This document shows positions 1 to 7,623 of a DNA stretch of 45,531 nt, piece by piece (position 1 is the stretch's first letter; the number at the start of each line of letters is the position of its first letter). The notes under the pieces were generated by a model that worked only from the letters and a program-made list of their open reading frames with translations, searched no databases and had not been told where the DNA came from. The translations under genes and the position numbers were made by a program. Source of the stretch: Betaproteobacteria bacterium (GTDB taxonomy: Bacteria; Pseudomonadota; Gammaproteobacteria; Burkholderiales; SG8-39); contig JAEKLK010000166.1 of NCBI GenBank assembly GCA_019509895.1, forward strand, positions 1-45,531, given 5' to 3'.

Positions 1-245
1 CACAGGGCCAGGGCCAGCTTTCGGCGAGCGGCACGCTGCCCATGTCGGGCGTTGCGGCGCAGCCGCCGGGACGCTACGCGGTCAAGTTCAACATCGCCGA
101 GCGCGACCGCAATCAGTTTCTCGCCGCCGGCGCCGCCGGCCACGCCGCGATCTATACCGAGAACCTGCACGCGGTGCACATCCTGCGCAAGATCATCCTG
201 AGGGTCGGCTCGTACCTCGGCTACCTCATCCTCAAGCTGCACTGA
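1..245 (+). CDS. HlyD-family efflux/secretion adaptor (membrane-fusion) protein, C-terminal fragment; 5' end lies outside the window
   Basis: Frame is open from position 3 to TGA 243-245. The tail ...GHAAIYTENLHAVHILRKIILRVGSYLGYLILKLH resembles C-termini of HlyD/EmrA-type adaptors as I recall them. A NodT-type outer-membrane factor gene starts 5 nt downstream. Confidence 0.5.
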   Translation, partial: QGQGQLSASGTLPMSGVAAQPPGRYAVKFNIAERDRNQFLAAGAAGHAAIYTENLHAVHILRKIILRVGSYLGYLILKLH

Positions 246-250
246 GCCGG

Positions 251-1543
251 ATGCGCGCATTCCATTGGCTCTTCCTGCTCGGGATCGCCGGTTGCGCGCT
301 GAAAGCGCCGCCGGCGCACGACGAGCTGGCGCAGCAGGCCGTCCCGAACCTGAAGGTGCCGCCACAGTGGGCAGAACCGGTGGCCGCCGCCGGCGAGGTC
401 GGCAACGGCTGGCTCGGCTCGTTCAACGATCCGCAGCTGGAAGCGCTAGTACGCGAGGCGCTCGAGTTCAACCCGGACCTGCGCGTGGCCGCTGCGCGCG
501 TCGAGCAGGCGGCCGGATACGTGAAGCTTGCCGGCGCCACGCTCTATCCGCAGGTGAGCGCGCTCGCACGCGGCGGCGGCGCGCTCTCGGGCGATTCGAG
601 CGGCCTGCAGGGCGCAGGCATTTTCGCCAACTGGGAGCTCGACCTCTGGGGCCGCGTGCGTTCCGGCCGCGAGGCGGCACGCCGGCAGCACGCCTCGGCG
701 GCGCTCGATGCCGAATACGCACGCCAGTCGATCGCCGCGCTCGCCGCGAAGAGCTGGTTCCTCGCCACGGAGGCGCGGCTGCAGAAGGCGATCGCGGAAG
801 AGATGGCGGCGTCCTCCGAGCGAAGCCTGGGCCTCGCGCGCGACCGCCTGCGCGTCGGCCGCGGCGACGAAAGCGATGTCCTCGAGTCGCTCGCCGGGCG
901 CTATCCGGCCGGCGCGGCGGAAGTCCCGGCGCAGCTGGCGCCGATGCCCGGCCCGGTGCCCGTCGGCATGCCTTCCGAGCTGCTCGAGCGCCGGCCCGAT
1001 GTGGTGGCCGCGGAGCGCCGCGTCGCCGTCGCGTTCTACGGCATCGAGGAAGCAAAGGCGGCGCGCCTGCCGCGCATTTCGCTCACCGCCGCGGTGAGCA
1101 GCATCTCGAGCGAGCTCTTCGTGCTCCAGCAGCGCGACAACCCTGTATGGAGCGCCGGCGCGGCGATCAACCTGCCGATTTACCTCGGGGGTCAGCTGCA
1201 ATCGCAGATCGAGATCCGTACCGCGGAGCAGAAGCAGGCGGTGGCCGAATATGCGCGCGTCGGCGCACGCGCCTTCTCGGAAGTGGAGAGCGCGCTGTCC
1301 GCGGGCTTCGCGCTGGAAGACCGCGAGGCGATTCTCAAGGAAGCAGTGGCCGACAACAGCCGCGCGCTCGAGTTCACCAACGTGCGCTACCGCGTCGGCG
1401 TCGGCGACCTGCGGGCCGTGCAGCAGCAGAGCCTCGCGCTCAGCGCCGCGCGCACGGCGCTCCTGCGCGTGCAGGCCGAGCGCCTGGTGCAGCGCGTGAA
1501 CCTGCACCTCGCCCTGGGCGGCAGCTTCGAGGCGCGGCAGTGA
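251..1543 (+). CDS. Efflux outer-membrane factor lipoprotein, NodT family (first repeat appears about 30 aa short)
   Basis: ATG 251. Lipoprotein signal MRAFHWLFLLGIAGC. Two OEP-type repeats (FNPDLRVAAARVEQA... and LLERRPDVVAAERRV...). C-terminal ...NLHLALGGSF. Stop overlaps the next start (GTGA at 1540-1543). Confidence 0.85.
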   Translation: MRAFHWLFLLGIAGCALKAPPAHDELAQQAVPNLKVPPQWAEPVAAAGEVGNGWLGSFNDPQLEALVREALEFNPDLRVAAARVEQAAGYVKLAGATLYPQVSALARGGGALSGDSSGLQGAGIFANWELDLWGRVRSGREAARRQHASAALDAEYARQSIAALAAKSWFLATEARLQKAIAEEMAASSERSLGLARDRLRVGRGDESDVLESLAGRYPAGAAEVPAQLAPMPGPVPVGMPSELLERRPDVVAAERRVAVAFYGIEEAKAARLPRISLTAAVSSISSELFVLQQRDNPVWSAGAAINLPIYLGGQLQSQIEIRTAEQKQAVAEYARVGARAFSEVESALSAGFALEDREAILKEAVADNSRALEFTNVRYRVGVGDLRAVQQQSLALSAARTALLRVQAERLVQRVNLHLALGGSFEARQ

Positions 1544-2613
1544 ACTGGCTCCTCGTCTTCATCCCCATTGCGCTGGTCCTCGACTGGACCCATGCGACCG
1601 AGCCGTGGATCTTCTTCGCCGCGGCGCTTGCCATCGTGCCGATCGCGGCGCTGATCGTGCGCTCGACCGAGCAGGTGGCGACCTACACGGGCCCGACCAT
1701 CGGCGGGCTGCTGAACGCCAGCTTCGGCAACGCGCCCGAGCTGATCGTGGCGCTGGTCGCGCTGCGCGCCGGTCTCCTGGACATGGTGCGCGCCTCGCTC
1801 ATCGGCGGCATCCTCGCCAACCTGCTGCTCGCCCTCGGCCTTGCTTTCCTCGCCGGCGGCCTGCGCTATCACACCCAGACCTACAACGCCGGCGCGGCGC
1901 GCCTTTACGGCTCGATGATGCTGATCGCGTCGTTCTCGCTCATCGTGCCGAGCGCTTTCAGCCGCTTCCTCGCGCCCGAGAGCACCGTGCGCGCCGAGGC
2001 GCTGCTCAATTTCGGCCTCGCCCTGGTGCTGCTTGCGGCGTACGCGCTCTACCTGCTCTTCCAGCTTAAGACCCATCCCGACGAGTTCGTGGGCGCGCCC
2101 GGAGCGCTGTCCGACGAGCAGCCCGAGGCGCACGGACCGCGCTGGAGCCTGCCGCGGGGAATTACGAGCCTGATCGTCGCCTCGGTTGTGGCAGCCTTCA
2201 TGAGCGAGATCCTGGTCGGCGCGGCGCAGGGCACGGGCGAAGCCCTTGGCATGTCCGAGATCTTCATCGGCGTGGTGTTCCTCGCCATCGTCGGCGGCGC
2301 CGCCGGCCCGCCTGCGGCGGTGGTGATGGCATTGCGCAACAAGATGGATCTGTCGCTCGGTATCGCGCTCGGCGCCGCGATCCAGATCGCACTGTTCGTC
2401 GCGCCGGTGCTGGTGCTGGCGAGCTACTTCATCGCGCCCGAGCCGCTCGAGCTCTCGTTCACGCGTGCCGAGGTCGGCGCGCTCTTCATGGGCGCACTGA
2501 TTGGCGCCGTGGTCGCGGGCGACGGCCGCTCCAATTGGTACAAGGGCGTCCAGCTCGTCGCCGTCTATCTGATCATCGCCCTCATGTTCTATTTCATCCC
2601 GGGAGCCGCATGA
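1540..2613 (+). CDS. Ca2+/H+ antiporter family protein (CaCA/CAX, ChaA-like) with a degenerate second alpha-repeat
   Basis: GTG 1540 overlaps the upstream TGA. 357 aa, multi-pass hydrophobic. Alpha-1 signature LLNASFGNAPELIVALVALRAG is present. The region equivalent to alpha-2 reads IVGGAAGPPAAVVMALRNKMDLSLGIALGAAIQIALF. This is the C-terminal part of the 782-aa track ORF 265..2613. Confidence 0.85.
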   Translation: MNWLLVFIPIALVLDWTHATEPWIFFAAALAIVPIAALIVRSTEQVATYTGPTIGGLLNASFGNAPELIVALVALRAGLLDMVRASLIGGILANLLLALGLAFLAGGLRYHTQTYNAGAARLYGSMMLIASFSLIVPSAFSRFLAPESTVRAEALLNFGLALVLLAAYALYLLFQLKTHPDEFVGAPGALSDEQPEAHGPRWSLPRGITSLIVASVVAAFMSEILVGAAQGTGEALGMSEIFIGVVFLAIVGGAAGPPAAVVMALRNKMDLSLGIALGAAIQIALFVAPVLVLASYFIAPEPLELSFTRAEVGALFMGALIGAVVAGDGRSNWYKGVQLVAVYLIIALMFYFIPGAA

Positions 2614-3422
2614 ACGCACGGATATTCGCCTTTGCCTGTCTCGTGCTGGTGCCGTTCGCGGCCGGGGCGCAGGCGGAGGAGCACTGGACGTTCTCAGTGA
2701 CACCGTATATCTGGCTGCCCAACGTAAACGGCACGTTGAAGTACAACCCGCCGCCGAGCGGCGGCGCGCCGGAGGTCGATACCGGGCCGAACAACTATCT
2801 CCAGAACCTCAGCTTCGCGCTCATGCTTTCGGGCGAAGCGCGCAAGGGCCGCTGGTCGATCGTGAGCGATCTCATCTATCTCAAGTTCGACAAGGAAAAG
2901 AGCAACGTAAGAGACGTGGACTTCGGCGGCTCGCGCGTCAATACCAGCGCCGACGTCGGCACCCGCTCGTCGCTCAAGGGATTGGAGTGGACGATTGCCG
3001 GCGCCTACACGATGGTGCAGTCGCCGCGCTATACGCTCGAGGGGCTCGGCGGCCTGCGCTACTTCCACGTCGAGGCGAGCTCCGACTGGCAGCTCGCCGC
3101 GACGATAAGCGCGCCGGGCGGCGCGCAGACCCTGCCGGCCTCGGGCAACGGCTCCCGCAGCACCGACCTCGTGGACGGCATCGTCGGCGTGCGCGGCCGC
3201 ATCCGCTGGGGCGAGACGCCGTGGTTCTCGCCGTACTACCTCGATGTCGGCACCGGCGCCTCGACCCTCACCTGGCAGAGCGTCATCGGCATCGGTTATG
3301 GCTTCAAGTGGGGCGACGTTCTGCTTGCGTACCGGACGCTCTACTACGACCAGAAGGACGACAAGCTGCTGCAGGACTTCCGATTCAGCGGGCCAACGCT
3401 GGGCGCGACGTTTCGCTTCTAG
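2610..3422 (+). CDS. Outer-membrane beta-barrel protein (unknown subfamily)
   Basis: ATG 2610 overlaps the upstream stop (ATGA). Signal peptide MNARIFAFACLVLVPFAAGAQA. Alternating amphipathic strands and C-terminal ...GPTLGATFRF with terminal Phe, typical of OM barrels. Confidence 0.6.
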   Translation: MNARIFAFACLVLVPFAAGAQAEEHWTFSVTPYIWLPNVNGTLKYNPPPSGGAPEVDTGPNNYLQNLSFALMLSGEARKGRWSIVSDLIYLKFDKEKSNVRDVDFGGSRVNTSADVGTRSSLKGLEWTIAGAYTMVQSPRYTLEGLGGLRYFHVEASSDWQLAATISAPGGAQTLPASGNGSRSTDLVDGIVGVRGRIRWGETPWFSPYYLDVGTGASTLTWQSVIGIGYGFKWGDVLLAYRTLYYDQKDDKLLQDFRFSGPTLGATFRF

Positions 3423-3433
3423 GGGAACCGACC

Positions 3434-4624
3434 ATGAAAAACCTGTCCATCTTCGCCACCGCAGCGCTCGCCGGCGCCATCAGCGCGGGTTGCCAGTCGC
3501 CGCCCAGCCGTGCCGAGCGTCCGCAGGGTGAGCTGTTCGCCGCGCGCGACGCGGAGAACGCCGGGCGCGCGAGCGACTTCAATGTGCTCATGGGGGGGTT
3601 CATCCAACGCGCACACGACAAGACGACGGTTACGAAGGCGGGCAACCCGAAGCCGCCAACGCTCGATCTGCTCATCGTCTCCGGCGGCGGCGACTGGGGC
3701 GCTTTCGGCGCCGGCGTGCTGAAGGGCTGGGGCCGCGTCAAGGGCGACATGGCGCGCCCGAGTTTCGATGTCGTGACCGGTGTGAGCACCGGCGCGTTGA
3801 TCGCGCCCTTCGCTTTCCTCGGTGACGATGCGTCGATCGAACGCGTGGTCAATATCTACCGCCATCCCCGCGAGGGACTGGTGAAATCGCGCGGACTGGT
3901 GTTCTTCCTGCCGAACAACCCGTCCTTCTACACGCTCCCCGGGCTCGAGGACGAGATGCGCGAAAAGCTCGACCGTCCGCTACTCGAGCGCATCGTCGCC
4001 GAAAGCGGCAACGGCCGGAGCCTGCTCGTCAACACGACCAACATCGACCTGGGCGAGATGCGGGCGTGGGACGTGGTCGCCGAGACCAAGGGCGCGCTGG
4101 CCGCGAACGATCCGCAGCGGGTCTACTCGGTGCTTCTGGCGAGCGCCGGCATACCGGCGATCTTTCCGGCGCGCGAGATCGGCCAGTACCTGTACGTCGA
4201 CGGCGCGATCACCGGCAACATCCTGTACGGCGGGCGCGCGAAGGAGGAAGACAGCTTTTTCGCCCGCTGGCGCGCCGCGTACCCGAAGGTGACGCCGCCG
4301 CGCCTGCGCTACTGGGTGATCTTCAACAACCAGTTCCGCTTCCCGCCGCAGATGACACAGGAGCGCTGGCCCGACCTCATGAGCCGCGCCACGATCATGT
4401 CGACACAAACCTCGACGACGAACTCGATACGGCACCTCTATGCCCTCGCCGAGGTGGCGCGGCTCAAGTACGGCGTGGAGGTACAGGTGCGGGTCATGTC
4501 CGTGCCCGATTCCTTCGTGCCCTCCAAGCCCGGCTCGTTCGTGGCGGAGGTGATGAATGAGCTCGCCGACATCGGCGAGCAGATGGGCGCCGATCCGGCG
4601 AGCTGGCGCACCGAAGCGCCATGA
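3434..4624 (+). CDS. Patatin-like phospholipase, lipoprotein
   Basis: ATG 3434. Lipobox AISAGC. Oxyanion box VSGGGDWGAFGAG, nucleophile elbow GVSTG and Asp dyad motif YVDGAITGN. 396 aa. Confidence 0.8.
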   Translation: MKNLSIFATAALAGAISAGCQSPPSRAERPQGELFAARDAENAGRASDFNVLMGGFIQRAHDKTTVTKAGNPKPPTLDLLIVSGGGDWGAFGAGVLKGWGRVKGDMARPSFDVVTGVSTGALIAPFAFLGDDASIERVVNIYRHPREGLVKSRGLVFFLPNNPSFYTLPGLEDEMREKLDRPLLERIVAESGNGRSLLVNTTNIDLGEMRAWDVVAETKGALAANDPQRVYSVLLASAGIPAIFPAREIGQYLYVDGAITGNILYGGRAKEEDSFFARWRAAYPKVTPPRLRYWVIFNNQFRFPPQMTQERWPDLMSRATIMSTQTSTTNSIRHLYALAEVARLKYGVEVQVRVMSVPDSFVPSKPGSFVAEVMNELADIGEQMGADPASWRTEAP

Positions 4625-4653
4625 AGTCTTCAACAACTCACAAGGAGAAAACC

Positions 4654-5280
4654 ATGCGCATGATCCTCGTACCTGTCGCAATCGCAGTGCTCGCGGCGCT
4701 TCCGGCGGCCGCACAAACGCAGAAGCCGGATATGAAGGGCGGCGCCGTCGTCACCAGCGTGCCGGGCAAGGCGAGCGCCACCGCCGCCGCGGAACTCTCG
4801 GCGCAGGTCGTGGCGATCGAGAAGAAGAGCCGCACCATCTCGCTCAAGGGCCCCAAGGGCAAGGTCGTGGATATCGTCGCCGGCGACGACGTGAAGAACT
4901 TCGACCAGATCAAGGTCGGCGACTTCCTCATGGTTCGCTATGTGCAATCGCTCGCGCTCGAGCTGCAGAAGGCGAAGAGCGGCATGAGCGGCATCTCGGC
5001 CACCGACACGGTGGTGAAGGCCGAGCCCGGCCAGCGCCCGGCGGTGGCCGGCGGGCGCGAGGTGAGCGCGATTGCCAAGGTGACGGCGATTGACCAGAAG
5101 GCGAAGACCATGTCGCTCACCGGTCCGCGCGGCAATGTTGTGACCCTCGATGTCCAGAACCCCGACCAGTTCAAGGTCGTGAAGATGGGCGACGAGGTGC
5201 TGGTGACCTATACCGAGGCGGTGGCGGTGTCGATCGAGCCGGCGAAGAAGCCGGCAGCGAAGAAAGAGGCCAAAAAGTAG
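4654..5280 (+). CDS. Secreted/periplasmic protein built from two tandem copies of a ~60-aa domain, with a Lys-rich tail
   Basis: ATG 4654 is preceded by AAGGAG (4642-4647). Signal peptide MRMILVPVAIAVLAALPAAAQ. There is an internal duplication (see findings). No recognised catalytic motif. Confidence 0.6.
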   Translation: MRMILVPVAIAVLAALPAAAQTQKPDMKGGAVVTSVPGKASATAAAELSAQVVAIEKKSRTISLKGPKGKVVDIVAGDDVKNFDQIKVGDFLMVRYVQSLALELQKAKSGMSGISATDTVVKAEPGQRPAVAGGREVSAIAKVTAIDQKAKTMSLTGPRGNVVTLDVQNPDQFKVVKMGDEVLVTYTEAVAVSIEPAKKPAAKKEAKK

Positions 5281-5321
5281 GCCCCGACCTGCAAGCCCGC
5301 CAGGGCGACCTGGCGCGGGTC

Positions 5322-6350
5322 GTGCTCGCCGTGCTGTTCATCGGCGGGCTGATGCTCGCGTCGTTCTGGATCCTGCGGCCGTTCCTCGGCGCGCTGGTCT
5401 GGGGGGTGATGATCGTCATCCCGACCTGGCCGCTGATGCTGCGCGCCGAGCGGATGTGCGGCGGCCGCCGATGGGCGGCCGTCGGGCTGATGTCGGCGGT
5501 GCTGCTCGCGCTCTTCGTGGTGCCGGTATTCGCGGCCATCGGCACGTTGGTGGCCAACACCGACGAGATCCGCGGCTGGGTGCAGCGGCTCGAGACGCTG
5601 CGGCTACCGCCGCCGCCCGGCTGGGTCGAGAACCTGCCGCTGGTGGGCGGACGCGCGGCTGCCACGTGGCGCGGGCTCGCCGACGAGGCGCTCGGCGTGA
5701 AGCTCGCGCCTTACGCAAACGATGTCGCGCACTGGGTCCTCGCGCAGATGGGCAGCCTGGGCGCCCTGTCGCTGCAGTTCCTGCTGACGGTGATCGCAGC
5801 GGCGGTGCTCTATGCGAACGGCGAGTACGCCGCGCGCACGGCGCAGCGCTTCGGCGCGCGCCTGGCGGGCGAGCACGGCGCCGGGGCAGTGCGCCTCTCG
5901 GGGCAGGCGATCCGCGCGGTCGCGCTCGGCGTCGTGGTGACCGCGCTCCTGCAGGCGCTGGTCGGCGGCATCGGCCTCTTCATTGCCGGCGTGCCGTTCG
6001 CCACGATCCTGACGGCGCTCATCTTCCTGCTCGCCATCGCCCAGATCGGCGGCGCGCCGGTGCTGATCGTGCCGATCGTCTGGCTCTACTGGAGCGGCTC
6101 GCCGGGCTGGGGGACGTTCCTGCTCGCCGTCGGACTGCTCACCGCGACCATCGATAACGTCGTGCGGCCGATCCTGATCAAGCGCGGCGCCGATCTGCCG
6201 CTGCTCCTCATCTTCTCCGGCGTGATCGGCGGGCTGGTGGCCTTCGGCCTGATCGGCATCTTCGTCGGGCCGGTGATCCTGGCGGTGGCCTACACGCTTC
6301 TGCAGGCCTGGATGGGCAAAGACCCGGGGAGAGACGCATGCGCATCGTGA
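5322..6350 (+). CDS. AI-2E family transporter (PerM/YdiK-like permease)
   Basis: Multi-pass protein ending ...TIDNVVRPILIKRGADLPLLLIFSGVIGGLVAFGLIGIFVGPVILAVAYTLLQAW, characteristic of AI-2E/UPF0118 permeases. GTG 5322 is the first canonical start. The in-frame upstream residues (..QGDLARV) look like the usual N-terminus but lack an ATG/GTG/TTG, so the start is uncertain. Confidence 0.8.
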   Translation: MLAVLFIGGLMLASFWILRPFLGALVWGVMIVIPTWPLMLRAERMCGGRRWAAVGLMSAVLLALFVVPVFAAIGTLVANTDEIRGWVQRLETLRLPPPPGWVENLPLVGGRAAATWRGLADEALGVKLAPYANDVAHWVLAQMGSLGALSLQFLLTVIAAAVLYANGEYAARTAQRFGARLAGEHGAGAVRLSGQAIRAVALGVVVTALLQALVGGIGLFIAGVPFATILTALIFLLAIAQIGGAPVLIVPIVWLYWSGSPGWGTFLLAVGLLTATIDNVVRPILIKRGADLPLLLIFSGVIGGLVAFGLIGIFVGPVILAVAYTLLQAWMGKDPGRDACAS

Positions 6351-6574
6351 TCGGCAACCTGCCGGACGACGTGACCGAAGACAGCATCAAGGAGGCGCTC
6401 AAGCCTTTTGCGCCGGTCGAGCAGATCAAGCTCGTGAAGGAAAGCGGCGCGCCCACGGCGCTCATCGAAACGCCGATGGGCCGGCTGCAGGCCGAGGCGC
6501 TCGCCAAGCGCATCAGCGGCCGCCTCTACCAGGGCCGTGCGCTCAACGCCTGGGTGCCGTCCAAGGACTGGTAG
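6338..6574 (+). CDS. Small RRM-like (ferredoxin-fold) putative RNA-binding protein
   Basis: 78 aa. N-terminus MRIVIGNLPDDVTEDSIKEAL matches the RNP2-type IxVGNL start of bacterial RRM proteins. The RNP1 aromatic motif is not obvious (APTALIET). Overlaps the upstream gene by 13 nt. Confidence 0.6.
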   Translation: MRIVIGNLPDDVTEDSIKEALKPFAPVEQIKLVKESGAPTALIETPMGRLQAEALAKRISGRLYQGRALNAWVPSKDW

Positions 6575-6578
6575 CCGC

Positions 6579-7598
6579 ATGGCGCTTTTCGACCGTCTCG
6601 CAGCCGCGCTCTTCGGCTCGCAGCCGTCTGCGGACGCCGGGCTCATCGCGCAGACGACTGAGGCGATCGTCGATGCGGTCGAGCCGAAGGTGCGCATGCA
6701 TTCGCGCTATCGCCAGAAGCTCGAGCCTCACATCCGTCAGAGTATCGAGCACCTGCGAGCGCTCGTGCGCGAGCCGCTCGAGCCGGTGCTGGTTTCGCGC
6801 GCGGCGTGGGCGAGCGACCCGCGGGTCAATGCCTTCTTCGCCACGGCGGACGATGTGCGCGCCAGCCTCGGGCGCAGCCACGAGCTGCGCAGCTTCTTCG
6901 ACCAGCCGGCGAATGCCGCTGTCCAGGAAGCCTATGCGCTCCTCGGGATGAAGAAGGAAGAGCGCTCAGTGCTCGGCATGGAGGTGCAGGGCGACGCCGT
7001 GCAGCGGGAAGTCGCGCAAACGCAGGTGTCCTTCTCCGGGCACCGCATCATCGCGCCCACCACCACGCTCGCCGACACTCGCCTGGAGATCGGTCGGCGC
7101 ATCCTGCTGCGCTTGGCGCAGGTTTCGCTCGCGCGCATCCTCGCCGCGGACGCCAAGGCTTCGGAGCTGCAGAGCCGCAAGTCCTATCTCGGCGCGCGCA
7201 TGCGTCTGCTGCGCCTCGCCCAAGACGGCATGGAGGGCATCGTCAAGGACCGCGCGACCATCGCCGGCGAGATGAAGGCCGTCGAGCGCGAGCTCACGCA
7301 GACGGTGGAGGGCTACATCGCGGCCAAGGCCAGCGCGGCGACGCTCGAGGGATACCTGCAGCACATCGCGGACGTGTTCTCGCGCCCGGAGGAGCACGTC
7401 GCGCTCGGCAGAACGCCTTTGCGCGTCAGCCGCCTGGGTGTGCGGGTGGACAGCAATCACGCCGGACCGGTGAACGAGCTCGCGCTCGCGGAGCTCTCAA
7501 TGGGCGAATTTCGCGCCGCCATCGCCATCGTGCGCTGTCCGCGCGCCGAGCTGCTGTCGAAGGAAGAGCTGATCGCGCAGGCCGAGCGATCCCTGTAA
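6579..7598 (+). CDS. Hypothetical protein (339 aa, mostly helical by composition, no signal peptide)
   Basis: ATG 6579 lies 4 nt after the upstream stop. Codon third-position GC bias is consistent throughout. I recognise no motif. Sits directly upstream of the DUF3141 gene. Confidence 0.55.
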   Translation: MALFDRLAAALFGSQPSADAGLIAQTTEAIVDAVEPKVRMHSRYRQKLEPHIRQSIEHLRALVREPLEPVLVSRAAWASDPRVNAFFATADDVRASLGRSHELRSFFDQPANAAVQEAYALLGMKKEERSVLGMEVQGDAVQREVAQTQVSFSGHRIIAPTTTLADTRLEIGRRILLRLAQVSLARILAADAKASELQSRKSYLGARMRLLRLAQDGMEGIVKDRATIAGEMKAVERELTQTVEGYIAAKASAATLEGYLQHIADVFSRPEEHVALGRTPLRVSRLGVRVDSNHAGPVNELALAELSMGEFRAAIAIVRCPRAELLSKEELIAQAERSL

Positions 7599-7623
7599 CG
7601 CATTTCCAGCAAGGCAAGCCGCC

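Noticed and set aside
265-2613. 782-aa ORF spanning the NodT and CAX genes
   Set aside because: Only the last 357 codons (from GTG 1540) look like a real protein (CAX). The upstream 425 codons are Arg/Ala/Gly-rich shadow in an alternative frame of the NodT gene, as expected in high-GC DNA.
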